From contig CAWFQE010000004.1 in assembly GCA_963817885.1 (NCBI GenBank), positions 294,064 to 358,063 on the forward strand: a DNA stretch of 64,000 nucleotides, read 5' to 3'. Under the pieces are notes generated by a model, which searched no databases, had not been told where the DNA came from, and saw nothing but the letters and a program-made list of their open reading frames with translations. This DNA comes from an uncultured Acidobacteriota bacterium. Lineage in GTDB: Bacteria; Acidobacteriota; Vicinamibacteria; Vicinamibacterales; JAKQTR01. The stretch's first letter is position 1. Every line of letters begins with the position of its first letter. A program made the position numbers and the translations under genes. Below, in pieces: positions 41,121 through 50,315 of the stretch.

Positions 41121-41144
41121 GTTTCAGCGAGGAGGGGATGGGTC

Positions 41145-43367
41145 ATGGGAATTACGAGACGGCGGTTCGTCATGACGTCCGCGATGGCCGGCGTCGGGGT
41201 GCTGGCCGCCCGCAAGCTCGCCTGGGCGTTTGGAAACTCGCCCACGGCCATCCGCAAGTTCATCAGGCGGCTTCCGTCGCTCGGCCTGAATCCGCTTGGC
41301 GCGAACGAGGACGGCCTGTACATCCCCGTGGCACAGCCGGTGCCGAGGGTGATCGCCGGACCGCGCGGCTCCTACAAGGTCGACTACTACAAGTTCCAGA
41401 TGGCGCCGTATACGCAGCAACTCCACTGCGACATCCCCGGCGCCACCAGGTTCATTGGTTACCAGGACATCACAGGCGGGAAGGCGCCCGACGCGAAGTA
41501 CCTGGGCGGCGTCATCATCGCGAAGAAGGGAACCCCGGTCCAGGCCACGTTCGTCAACAACATGCCGGCCACTCACATCCTGCCGGTCGATGAGACCGAG
41601 CCGATTTCCGGAGTTGGCTACGGCCTGCCGAATCGCGCCGCGGTCCATCTCCACGGCGGCGAGGTGCCGTGGATCAGCGACGGCGGGCCATTCGACTGGT
41701 TCAGCTCAGACAACCGCGTCGGCTCGAGCTTCTGCAACGACAGTATCCCTGGAGCGCTGATCGGTCCCAATACGGCCGAGTACTACTACCCGATGAACCA
41801 AAGCGCCCGGCTGATGTGGTACCACGACCACGCCTTTGGCATCACTCGGATCAACGCGTACGCTGGTCTGGCGTCGGCGTTTCTCATCGTCGACGATGTC
41901 GAAGAGGCGCTGATCAACCTGCGCGTCCTGCCGTCGCTTCCGGGCTACCTCCGCTACGGAATCCCGCTCGTCATCCAGGACAAGACATTCTGGGACCCAG
42001 CCGCCGATCCAGGCTACCCCGCCTCTGGGGCAACTGCCGGCGACCTCTGGTATCCGTGGCAATACGAGTCGAGCCGCTGGAGCATAGGGCCCTTCGACGC
42101 GGGCAAGGACCCCGGGGGCGTGCCCGTGTCCTCGGTCCCGGAGTTCTTCTCGGACACCGTGCTCGTCAACGGATGTCCCTACCCGTACCTCCCGGTGGAG
42201 CCGCGACACTATCGTTTCCGGATCCTGAACGGCAGCCAGGGTCGCTTCTACAACCTGCAACTGTATTACGAGAGCAGCCTCACGCCCGGAGAGGCGGACC
42301 TCACGAATCTCCACGTGCCGCGTATCATCCAGATCGGGACCGAGGGCGGGTTCCTGCGGTTCCCGGCGGCGCTCAACAACCCGCCGGCGCGGATCGGCTA
42401 CGACGTGACCGGCACGCCCGACACGAACCCCACCTACGGGAATGCGATCCGCTACAATCTCCTGCTCGCGCCTGGCGAACGAGTGGACGTAATCATTGAC
42501 TTCTCCAGCTGCCCGGTCGGATCGAAACTGCTCCTCTTCAACGACGCACCGGCGCCGTTCCCGGGTGGCGATGAGATCAACGACTACGTTACCGGCGCGG
42601 GCATCGGTGACACCACCGGCACGACTGGCCCTGGGCTGGGCCCGAACACGCAGACGATCATGCAGTTCCGTGTGAGCCCGTTCAATACGCTCGGCCAGGG
42701 CACGAAGGCCGATCCTCCCATGCTGGACCTTCTCGAGAAGCTGGCGGTTGCCAGGGCCGGGGCCGTGAATCCGCTCCCGGCAGTCGAGCAGTTCGTGCTG
42801 AGCGCACTCCGGAGGGCCGGCGTGAAGGAGCGCTGGGTCTCCCTGAACGAGGACTATGACGAGTACGGCCGGCTCCTGCAGCGGCTGGGCACGCTCACCT
42901 CGACGACTGACATACAGGGCGGTGGCGGCAAGTGGCTCGGCATGCCGCTCGAGGCCGCACCCACCGAGATCGGCAATGAAGGCGATCTCGAGGTCTGGCA
43001 CGTTGTCAATACGACGGCCGACTCGCACCCGATGCACTTCCACCTCGTGAACGTCCAGGTACTCCAGCGGCAGGTGTTCGACAACATCAACTTCGTACCG
43101 GGGCAGGCGCCGGCCCTGATTGGAAAGCCGCGGCCGTGCGATGCCAACGAGAACGGGTGGAAGGAGACGGTCCGGATGAACCCGAGCGAGGTCACCTCGG
43201 TGGTCATGCGGATCAAGCTGCCCAAGGTCCCGTTCGACGTGCCGAACAGCCCGCGGCTCGCGGCGTTCACGCCGCCCATCAACGGTGCCGAATATGTCTG
43301 GCACTGCCACATTCTCGAGCATGAGGAGCACGACATGATGCGGCCGTTCGTCGTCATCCCGAAGTAG
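41145..43367 (+). CDS. Tat-exported multicopper oxidase (CotA/bilirubin-oxidase-like)
   Basis: ORF 41040..43367 trimmed to the ATG at 41145: MGITRRRFVMTSAMAGVGVLAA (twin-arginine). All four copper motifs are present: VHLHGG, WYHDHA, HPMHFHL, HCHILEHEEHDMM. Confidence 0.9.
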   Translation: MGITRRRFVMTSAMAGVGVLAARKLAWAFGNSPTAIRKFIRRLPSLGLNPLGANEDGLYIPVAQPVPRVIAGPRGSYKVDYYKFQMAPYTQQLHCDIPGATRFIGYQDITGGKAPDAKYLGGVIIAKKGTPVQATFVNNMPATHILPVDETEPISGVGYGLPNRAAVHLHGGEVPWISDGGPFDWFSSDNRVGSSFCNDSIPGALIGPNTAEYYYPMNQSARLMWYHDHAFGITRINAYAGLASAFLIVDDVEEALINLRVLPSLPGYLRYGIPLVIQDKTFWDPAADPGYPASGATAGDLWYPWQYESSRWSIGPFDAGKDPGGVPVSSVPEFFSDTVLVNGCPYPYLPVEPRHYRFRILNGSQGRFYNLQLYYESSLTPGEADLTNLHVPRIIQIGTEGGFLRFPAALNNPPARIGYDVTGTPDTNPTYGNAIRYNLLLAPGERVDVIIDFSSCPVGSKLLLFNDAPAPFPGGDEINDYVTGAGIGDTTGTTGPGLGPNTQTIMQFRVSPFNTLGQGTKADPPMLDLLEKLAVARAGAVNPLPAVEQFVLSALRRAGVKERWVSLNEDYDEYGRLLQRLGTLTSTTDIQGGGGKWLGMPLEAAPTEIGNEGDLEVWHVVNTTADSHPMHFHLVNVQVLQRQVFDNINFVPGQAPALIGKPRPCDANENGWKETVRMNPSEVTSVVMRIKLPKVPFDVPNSPRLAAFTPPINGAEYVWHCHILEHEEHDMMRPFVVIPK

Positions 43368-43401
43368 CGCGAGGAGGACGGCGCCCGCATCACGGACCGC
43401 A

Positions 43402-43435
43402 GGCCCCGCGAGTTTCGGCTCGCGGGGCCTTTTCG
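43402..43435 (+). terminator. Rho-independent terminator after the multicopper oxidase gene
   Basis: GGCCCCGCGAG - TTTCGG - CTCGCGGGGCC is a perfect 11-bp stem. It is followed by TTTTCG and lies 35 nt after the stop. Confidence 0.8.
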
Positions 43436-43559
43436 ATCTGGTCCGTCGCCTTGCGGCTGGAACGGGAGCAGGGCTCGTCGTAGACTATCGCTCGATTGGC
43501 GGAGAGGCGCGCGGACGGGCCGCTTGGATGGGGCCAGCGCCCCAAGGTTGGAGTCCACC

Positions 43560-45602
43560 ATGAAGAGGGCATGGGCCGTCGGCCTCGTGGTCGCGCTCGT
43601 CGCGGGCGCGTTCCTGGCTGGCACCTGGGTGAGCTGGCAGACCTCCGGCCGGGGCAGGCCGCCGGGGGCGCGCAAGATCCTTCACTGGGTGGACCCGATG
43701 CACCCGTCGTACAAGTCTGACAAGCCGGGCATTGCCCCGGACTGCGGCATGCAGCTCGAACCGGTCTATGCGGACGAGGCTCCGCCGGCCTCCGGGGGGG
43801 CCATCCCTGCAGGTGCGTTGAAGGTGACAGCCGAGCGCCAGCAGACGATCGGCGTCACCACGGGCGTCGTCGAGCGCGCGTCGATGCGGAGGGCACTTCG
43901 CACCGTGGGGCGCGTCGCGCCAGACGAAAATCGCGTCTACCGGCTGCTGACGACCATCGACGGGTGGGTCAAGGACGTCTACGGCGGACAGACGGGCGCC
44001 ATCGTGTCCGAGAACCAGTTGCTCCTGACCTTCTACAGCCGGGAGTTCCTCTCCGCGCAGGCGGCATACTTCTATGCCCTGGACTCGCGCGATCGGTTCC
44101 ACGCCGCCGGCAATGACAGCCCGAACCAGCTCTCGCAGATCGAGAACCAGATCCGGACCTCCGCCGAGACGCTCCAGGCACTCGGGATGGACTCCGTCCA
44201 GCTGGCCGAGATCTCCAGGACGCGGAAGGCGGCCACCGATATCGCGTTGCGGTCTCCCACCAACGGCTACATCGTGTCGCGCAGCGTGTACCCGCGCCAG
44301 CGCTTCGATCGCGGAGTCGAGCTCTACCGAATCGTGGACATCAGCCGCGTGTGGGTGCTGGCGGACGTGTTCGAGAGCGACGCCCAGTACCTGCACCCGG
44401 GGGCCGGCGCGCGGGTGTCCTTTCCGTACCAGGCGCGCGGCCCGATTCAGGCCCGTGTGAGCGATGCGCTGCCTCAATTCGACCCGGCGACGCGCACGCT
44501 GAAAGCCAGGCTCGAAGCCGAGAACCCCTCCTATCTACTCAGGCCTGACATGCTCGTGGATGTCTCGCTGGACATCACGCTGCCGGAGGCCGTGACCGTG
44601 TCCGCCGATGCCGTCGTCGATTCCGGCGACAGGAAGACGGTGTTCGTCGATCGTGGGAGCGGCTACTTCGAGGCGCGCCGGGTCGAAACCGGCTGGCAGT
44701 TCGACGACCGAATCGAGATCGTCAAGGGACTGATGCCCGGTGAGCGCATCGTGCTCTCCGGCAATTTCCTGCTCGATTCGGAGAGCCGGATGAAGATGGC
44801 CGCGATGGGGATCTCCCTGCCGGACACCGATCCGGTCTGTGGCATGGACGTCGACCAGGGCAAGGCCAGGGCGGCGGGCCGCGTGGCCTCGTCCCGCGGC
44901 CGGACCTACTACTTCTGCTCGGACGAGTGCCGGAAGCGCTTCGAGACGGCGCCGGCGAAGTTCGTGGTGGAGGCTGGCCGGCCGGCTGTTCCTCCGGTCC
45001 CTCCCGCGGTGTTTCCGCGCCCGCCCGCGGCCTCGCCGGATAGTGATGCCGACGACGCGCGCGGGTCCGCGTTTCCCCAGCTGCCACGACAGCGCGGCAT
45101 GGGGGGACGCACCACGCGGCCACGATCGCTGGCCGGCGCGGACCAGCCAGTGATCCCGCCGCCGCCGGTCGACGCCGTCGAGTCGATCCCGCACACGCCG
45201 CCTGGCATGCCGCTCGGAGTCGCGCTGAAAGCGAGCATGGATCCGGTGTCTCGCATCATGGTGGACCACGAGTCGGCAACCGCAGCGGGATTGACGCTCG
45301 AACACGCGGGGAAGACCTACTTCTTCGTGTCCAAGGCGAGCAAGGACCAGTTCGCGACGCAGCCGGACCTCTACGTGGACCAGACGGCGGCGGCGGCCAC
45401 ACCGCCCTCCGCGCCTGTGGCCGCATCGAAGGCGCCGCAGGCGGCCGCCCCGGCGCAGGACCCGATCTGTCGCAAGGAGGTCGATCCGAAGGCGGCCGCC
45501 GCAGCCGGGCTCACGAGCGACTACAGGGGCAAGCGCTACTACTTCTGTTCCACCGTCTGCAAGAAGAAGTTCGACATGGAGCCGGGGAAGTACATCAAGT
45601 AG
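43560..45602 (+). CDS. CusB-like heavy-metal efflux membrane-fusion protein with a C-terminal triple YHS/TRASH-type extension
   Basis: ORF 43524..45602 trimmed to the ATG at 43560. It has an N-terminal metal-binding box HWVDPMHPSYKSDKPGIAPDCGMQLEPVY and an MFP barrel/hairpin core. Three YHS-like modules follow: DPVCGMDV...YYFCSDECRKRF; DPVSRIMV...YFFVSKASKDQF, which has lost the Cys residues; and DPICRKEV...YYFCSTVCKKKF. Confidence 0.8.
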   Translation: MKRAWAVGLVVALVAGAFLAGTWVSWQTSGRGRPPGARKILHWVDPMHPSYKSDKPGIAPDCGMQLEPVYADEAPPASGGAIPAGALKVTAERQQTIGVTTGVVERASMRRALRTVGRVAPDENRVYRLLTTIDGWVKDVYGGQTGAIVSENQLLLTFYSREFLSAQAAYFYALDSRDRFHAAGNDSPNQLSQIENQIRTSAETLQALGMDSVQLAEISRTRKAATDIALRSPTNGYIVSRSVYPRQRFDRGVELYRIVDISRVWVLADVFESDAQYLHPGAGARVSFPYQARGPIQARVSDALPQFDPATRTLKARLEAENPSYLLRPDMLVDVSLDITLPEAVTVSADAVVDSGDRKTVFVDRGSGYFEARRVETGWQFDDRIEIVKGLMPGERIVLSGNFLLDSESRMKMAAMGISLPDTDPVCGMDVDQGKARAAGRVASSRGRTYYFCSDECRKRFETAPAKFVVEAGRPAVPPVPPAVFPRPPAASPDSDADDARGSAFPQLPRQRGMGGRTTRPRSLAGADQPVIPPPPVDAVESIPHTPPGMPLGVALKASMDPVSRIMVDHESATAAGLTLEHAGKTYFFVSKASKDQFATQPDLYVDQTAAAATPPSAPVAASKAPQAAAPAQDPICRKEVDPKAAAAAGLTSDYRGKRYYFCSTVCKKKFDMEPGKYIK

Positions 45603-45723
45603 CCACCTCGAGCCGCCCAAGATCGACCGCGTCATCGACTGGCTCGAAGCACTCGAGTCGAAGGCGCCGGTCCGATGATCCTCTCCCCAGGTGCGCGCCC
45701 CGGGTCCCGCGGCACCGCCCTCG

Positions 45724-46821
45724 CTATCTGCCGCCGGCGGGCCGGCCCACTTTCAAGCTCGAGATGTCCATCAGGTACATGAAGAGCGAGCGCTCGCCTG
45801 GCTTCGCCCCGCGCGACGACGAGAAGCCCATCCAATGACCGTCGGGAGAGATCGCGGGGAAGCCGTCGAACGCCTCGTTGAACGTGAGCTGGCGCTGCTC
45901 GCCGCTCACCATGTCCATCATGAAGATCTCGAAGTTGCGCGGCGGCAGGAACTTGACGAACACGAAGTGCCGGCCATCCGGCGCGGGAAACGGCGCCCAG
46001 TTGGTGCCGGGCTCGTGGGTGATCTGGGTCAGGCCGGTGCCATCGGGCTTGATCGTGAAGATGGTCATGGGCATGCCGCGCTGGCCCTGATCCTGGATCT
46101 TCCACGCACGGTAGATGATGCTCTTCCCGTCCGGCATCCACTGCGCGCCGCCCTCCTGCCACTCCGGGGTGTGCGTGATCTGGAAGAGCTCGCTCCCATC
46201 GGGCCGCATCCGGTACAAGTCGAGCTTGCCGTCGACCTGCCGTGCGAACAGGATCCACTTGCCGTCGGGTGACACCGTCACTTCCGCGTCGTAGACCTTG
46301 TTATTCGTCATCCGCACGAGGTGGCTGCCGTCGAGATCCGAGGTGTAGAGTTCGGCGCCTTTCGGATAGTCGTTGGCGTCGGAATAGTTGCCGGGCGGCA
46401 GATCGAGCCAGTCGCGGGTCGAGGTCCAGATGATTTTCTTGCCGTCCGGATAGTAGAACGAGCACGCGTCGGCGCCCTTGTCGTTGATGCGCCGGACATT
46501 CGTCCCGTCGATGTTGAACGTGTAGACCTGGAAGTTCGTGTCGCCGGGAAGCTTCGCGTTGCAGATCATGCTCCGGCTGTCGGGTGAGAAGTACCCCTCG
46601 GCCGCCTCGCCGGGTATCGGGACCTTCGTAATCGGGAGTTCCTGCCCGGCCGCCGCCGGCGCGGCCTGCGCCGCCTGACTGGCCGGCGCCTGCGCGGCCC
46701 GAGCCCGTCCGGCCGCGCCCGACTCCTGTGACGCTCCACGGACCGGCCCGACCGCGACGCCAAGGGCGACGACGGCAACTGCCGTCAGGATCCAGCGAAC
46801 GCTCGACACGAAGTGATTCAC
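45724..46821 (-). CDS. secreted PD40/TolB-like beta-propeller protein
   Basis: 365 aa with a signal peptide, an Ala/Gln-rich linker, and repeats FSPDSRSM, YYPDGKKIIW, VSPDGKWILF, MRPDGSEL, WMPDGKSIIY, IKPDGTGL, PAPDGRHFVF, ISPDGHWMGF. Confidence 0.8.
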   Translation of the reverse strand: MNHFVSSVRWILTAVAVVALGVAVGPVRGASQESGAAGRARAAQAPASQAAQAAPAAAGQELPITKVPIPGEAAEGYFSPDSRSMICNAKLPGDTNFQVYTFNIDGTNVRRINDKGADACSFYYPDGKKIIWTSTRDWLDLPPGNYSDANDYPKGAELYTSDLDGSHLVRMTNNKVYDAEVTVSPDGKWILFARQVDGKLDLYRMRPDGSELFQITHTPEWQEGGAQWMPDGKSIIYRAWKIQDQGQRGMPMTIFTIKPDGTGLTQITHEPGTNWAPFPAPDGRHFVFVKFLPPRNFEIFMMDMVSGEQRQLTFNEAFDGFPAISPDGHWMGFSSSRGAKPGERSLFMYLMDISSLKVGRPAGGR

Positions 46822-46994
46822 TGTCGTTCCCTCCTGTTGACCGGTCCCGCTCGATCGCGCAATCGGGTGGTCTGACCCGCGCGCAGGAAAGCCGAGGCTC
46901 GACTATGACGACCGGGCCGAATTGGTGTCAATTGTGGATCCGGTTGCGGTTGTGGCGCCATCCTCGACTACAATCCCACACCACGAGGTTACTG

Positions 46995-49900
46995 ATGAAT
47001 CGTCACGCCATGCCGACACGAGTGTTTCTCGGATTGCTGATTGCCGCCATTCCCGTGCTGTTGAGCGCTGACCAGGCCAGGCAGGCCCGCCCTGGGAAGC
47101 TGACCGAGGCCGACCTGGCAACCGCCAAGCCGGGCCGCGATCCCGGGCAGCCAATAGACGAGGAGTACACGAAGAAGATCAAGGAATACACCACCGAGAC
47201 CTTCTTCCTCTCGCCGGTCATCGACTACCTGCCGGCCTCGAAGACCGTGCCGACGCCGAAGGCCATCCTGGGCGACATCGCCGGCGCACCGGGCAAGCTG
47301 CCGTATTCGAAGGAAGTGCACGACTACATGCGGCTGCTCGCGAAATCGACGCCGCGCGCGAAGGTCTACACGATCGGCACGACCGAAGAGGGCCGCGAGA
47401 TGATCGCGGTGGCGGTCGCCTCCGAGGCGTTGATCGCGAAGCTCGATCAGAACAAGGCCGACCTGGCGAAGCTGGCCGACCCGCGCACCATCAAGATGGA
47501 CGACGCGGTGGCTGATGCGATCGCCAAGAGGGCAGCGCCCGTCTACTACGTCACCGGCGCGATTCACTCGACGGAGGCTGGGGCGCCGACGGCGCTGATG
47601 GAACTGGCCTACCGCCTGGCCGTCGACGAGAGCCCCTACATCCGCAACATCCGCGAGCACGTGATCACCCTGATCACGCCCGTGGTCGAGCCCGACGGCC
47701 GCGACCGCGTGGTTGACGTGTACAAGTGGAAGAAGGCGCATCCGACCGACACGCCGCCCGCCGCGGTCTACTCCGGGCACTACGTCGGCCACGACAACAA
47801 CCGCGACGCGATGGGCCTGACGCTCAAGCTGTCGCAGAACGTGCTGAACACGTACCTGGGCTGGAAGGCGCAGGTGCTGCACGACCTGCACGAGTCGGGA
47901 TCGTTCCTCTACGACAACACGGTTGGCAACGGTCCGTACAACGCGTGGCTCGACCCGATCCTGACCAACGAGTGGCACCTCATCGGCTGGAACAATGTCA
48001 ACGAAATGACCCGCATGGGCATGCCCGGCGTCTACGCGTGGGGCACGTTCGACACCTGGTCGCCCGGCTACCTGATGTTCTTCGCGGCGCTGCACAACGG
48101 CGTCAGCCGGCTCTACGAGACGTTCGGCAACGGCGGGAGCGCCGATACCGAGGAACGGACACTGTCGGCCAACGAAACCACGCGCACCTGGTTCCGGCAG
48201 AATCCGCCGATCGGCCGGGTCCGCTGGTCGCTGCGGAACAACAACAACTACGAGGAGACGGGCATCATCGTCTCGCTCAACTACTTTGCGAACAACCGGA
48301 TCTACTTCCTGCGCAACTTCTACGAGAAGAGCAAGCGGTCGATCCTCAAGCCGACGGTCGAGGGGCCTGCGGCCTACGTCCTGTCGGCATCGGATCCGCG
48401 CTCTGCCACGCAGGCCGAGTTGCTGCGCGTGCTGCAGAAACAGGGCGTTGAGATCTCGCGCGCCACCGCGGCGTTCACGGTCACCATGCCGGTGCGCCAG
48501 CCGGCATCGGGCGGGCGCGGCGGACGCGGCGGGCGCGGAGCAGGCACCGGCGGCCAGGCCGCCCCGGCAACGGGCGAGGCTGAAGGCCGCGGAGCAGCGC
48601 CGCAGGCGCCGGCCGAACAGGCCCCGAAGCCTCCCTCCACCCAGCCCCGCGAGTTCCCGGCCGGGAGCTACATCATCAGGATGGACCAGCCCTACTCGCG
48701 GATTGCGGACGCGCTGCTCGACTACCAGTACTGGGCGCCCAACGACGCGCAGAGCCGCCCGTACGACGACACCGGCTGGACCTTCCCGGAGGGCTTCGGC
48801 GTGCAGGCGGTCCGCGTGACCGACGTGAAAGTGCTCGACGCGAAGATGGAGCCGGTGAAGGGTGATGTGACGGCGCCGGGAGGCGTCACGGGCACGGGCA
48901 CGATCTTCGCCATCAACCACAACGCGGACAACGCGCTCATCACGCTGCGCTATCAGCTCAAGAGCGCCGACATCCAGATCGCCGAGGAGCCGTTCGAGTC
49001 GGGCGGGACCAAGTTCGCGCGCGGCTCGTTCATCGTCAGGAACGTGGCGCAGGCGGATCTGGACAAGGCGACCGCCGCGCTTGGCCTGAAGGCGATCGCG
49101 CTCGATGCGGCGCCCACGGTCAAGGCGCATCCGGCACGGGCGGCCCGGGTGGCCATTCTCCATCAGTGGAGCAGCACCCAGACGGAAGGCTGGTGGCGCC
49201 AGGCGTTCGACCTCTACGGGGTGCCCTACGACTACATCGACCCGGAGACGGTGCGGAAGACGGCGAACCTGCGCGACAAGTGGGACGTGATCGTGTTCGG
49301 TCCGGGAGGCGGGCAGGGCGCGGTTGAAGGAACGCCGCTCTGGAAGAACCCGATCCCGTGGAAGAACTCGCCCGAGATGCCGAATGTCGGGACGTGGGCG
49401 CAGACCGACGACACCCGAATCGGCATGGGGCTCGAAGGGGTGATTCACCTCCGCGAGTTCGTCGCCGCCGGCGGCGTCTACATCGGCTCGAACAGCTCGG
49501 CGGATTTCGCCGTCACCAGCAACTTCGGCTACGGCGTCGGCTACGCCCGCGCCGCCTCGACCACGCGCGTGGTGGGATCGCTGCTGAGGACGAGGATCGC
49601 CGATGAGACGAGCCCGATCGTCTACGGCGTGCAGGACAACCTCGCGATGTACAGCAACAGCGGCGACTACTTCACCGTGTCGGCGACGGCGGGCGGGGGC
49701 GGTCGCGGGGGCGGTGGTGCGGCTGCGGGTGCGCCAGGCGGTGGCCGCGGCGGCGCCGGCGGCAGCACCCGGCCGACCGGCCGGGGCACGCCGGACGATC
49801 CGGATGTGGTGCAGGGCCGGCCAGCCGACGAAGGAACCGGCATGAAGCCGGTGCCGGAGCGGCCGACGGTTCAGCCGTGGCAGTACGCGCTGCCGACCGA

Positions 49901-50192
49901 CGAGCAGCTCAAGACCAACCCGCCGAACATCATTCCGCCGCAGTTCCGCCCGCGCGTGGCGCTGCGCTTCGACGCGCAGGCCAGCCTGCTCGTGTCGGGC
50001 CTGCTCGACGGAGGATCGGACATCGCCCAGCGGCCGGTCGTGGTCGACATGCCGGTCAGCAAGGGCCACGTCGTGCTGTTCGCCAACAACCCCATCTACC
50101 GGGGCGAGACGATCGGCAGCTACTTCCTGGTGTTCAACACGATCCTGAACTTCGACAACCTGAACGCAGGACGAAAGCTCGACCAGAAATAG
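46995..50192 (+). CDS. large secreted M14-family metallocarboxypeptidase-like protein with two Gly/Arg-rich inserts
   Basis: ORF 46728..50192 trimmed to the ATG at 46995 (MNRHAMPTRVFLGLLIAAIPVLLSA). Zn-ligand contexts are GAIHSTEAGAP and LHDLHESGS. Low-complexity inserts are ASGGRGGRGGRGAGTGG (about 48.50-48.65 kb) and ATAGGGGRGGGGAAAGAPGGGRGGAGG (about 49.68-49.80 kb). Confidence 0.75.
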   Translation: MNRHAMPTRVFLGLLIAAIPVLLSADQARQARPGKLTEADLATAKPGRDPGQPIDEEYTKKIKEYTTETFFLSPVIDYLPASKTVPTPKAILGDIAGAPGKLPYSKEVHDYMRLLAKSTPRAKVYTIGTTEEGREMIAVAVASEALIAKLDQNKADLAKLADPRTIKMDDAVADAIAKRAAPVYYVTGAIHSTEAGAPTALMELAYRLAVDESPYIRNIREHVITLITPVVEPDGRDRVVDVYKWKKAHPTDTPPAAVYSGHYVGHDNNRDAMGLTLKLSQNVLNTYLGWKAQVLHDLHESGSFLYDNTVGNGPYNAWLDPILTNEWHLIGWNNVNEMTRMGMPGVYAWGTFDTWSPGYLMFFAALHNGVSRLYETFGNGGSADTEERTLSANETTRTWFRQNPPIGRVRWSLRNNNNYEETGIIVSLNYFANNRIYFLRNFYEKSKRSILKPTVEGPAAYVLSASDPRSATQAELLRVLQKQGVEISRATAAFTVTMPVRQPASGGRGGRGGRGAGTGGQAAPATGEAEGRGAAPQAPAEQAPKPPSTQPREFPAGSYIIRMDQPYSRIADALLDYQYWAPNDAQSRPYDDTGWTFPEGFGVQAVRVTDVKVLDAKMEPVKGDVTAPGGVTGTGTIFAINHNADNALITLRYQLKSADIQIAEEPFESGGTKFARGSFIVRNVAQADLDKATAALGLKAIALDAAPTVKAHPARAARVAILHQWSSTQTEGWWRQAFDLYGVPYDYIDPETVRKTANLRDKWDVIVFGPGGGQGAVEGTPLWKNPIPWKNSPEMPNVGTWAQTDDTRIGMGLEGVIHLREFVAAGGVYIGSNSSADFAVTSNFGYGVGYARAASTTRVVGSLLRTRIADETSPIVYGVQDNLAMYSNSGDYFTVSATAGGGGRGGGGAAAGAPGGGRGGAGGSTRPTGRGTPDDPDVVQGRPADEGTGMKPVPERPTVQPWQYALPTDEQLKTNPPNIIPPQFRPRVALRFDAQASLLVSGLLDGGSDIAQRPVVVDMPVSKGHVVLFANNPIYRGETIGSYFLVFNTILNFDNLNAGRKLDQK

Positions 50193-50315
50193 CGCCCGCC
50201 TTCGGGCCCTCGTCGTCCGCGTTCTCGAATTGCCGCCAGCCCGGTTGCGGGCTGGCGGCGAGGCTCCCGCGCCGCAGATCCCAGAACATCCCGAAACTGA
50301 AGCGACGGGCCGTCG

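Noticed and set aside
46989-50069. 1026-aa ORF antisense to the M14-like gene
   Set aside because: The reason is the same. It is an antisense shadow ORF with Arg/Gly/Ala junk composition.
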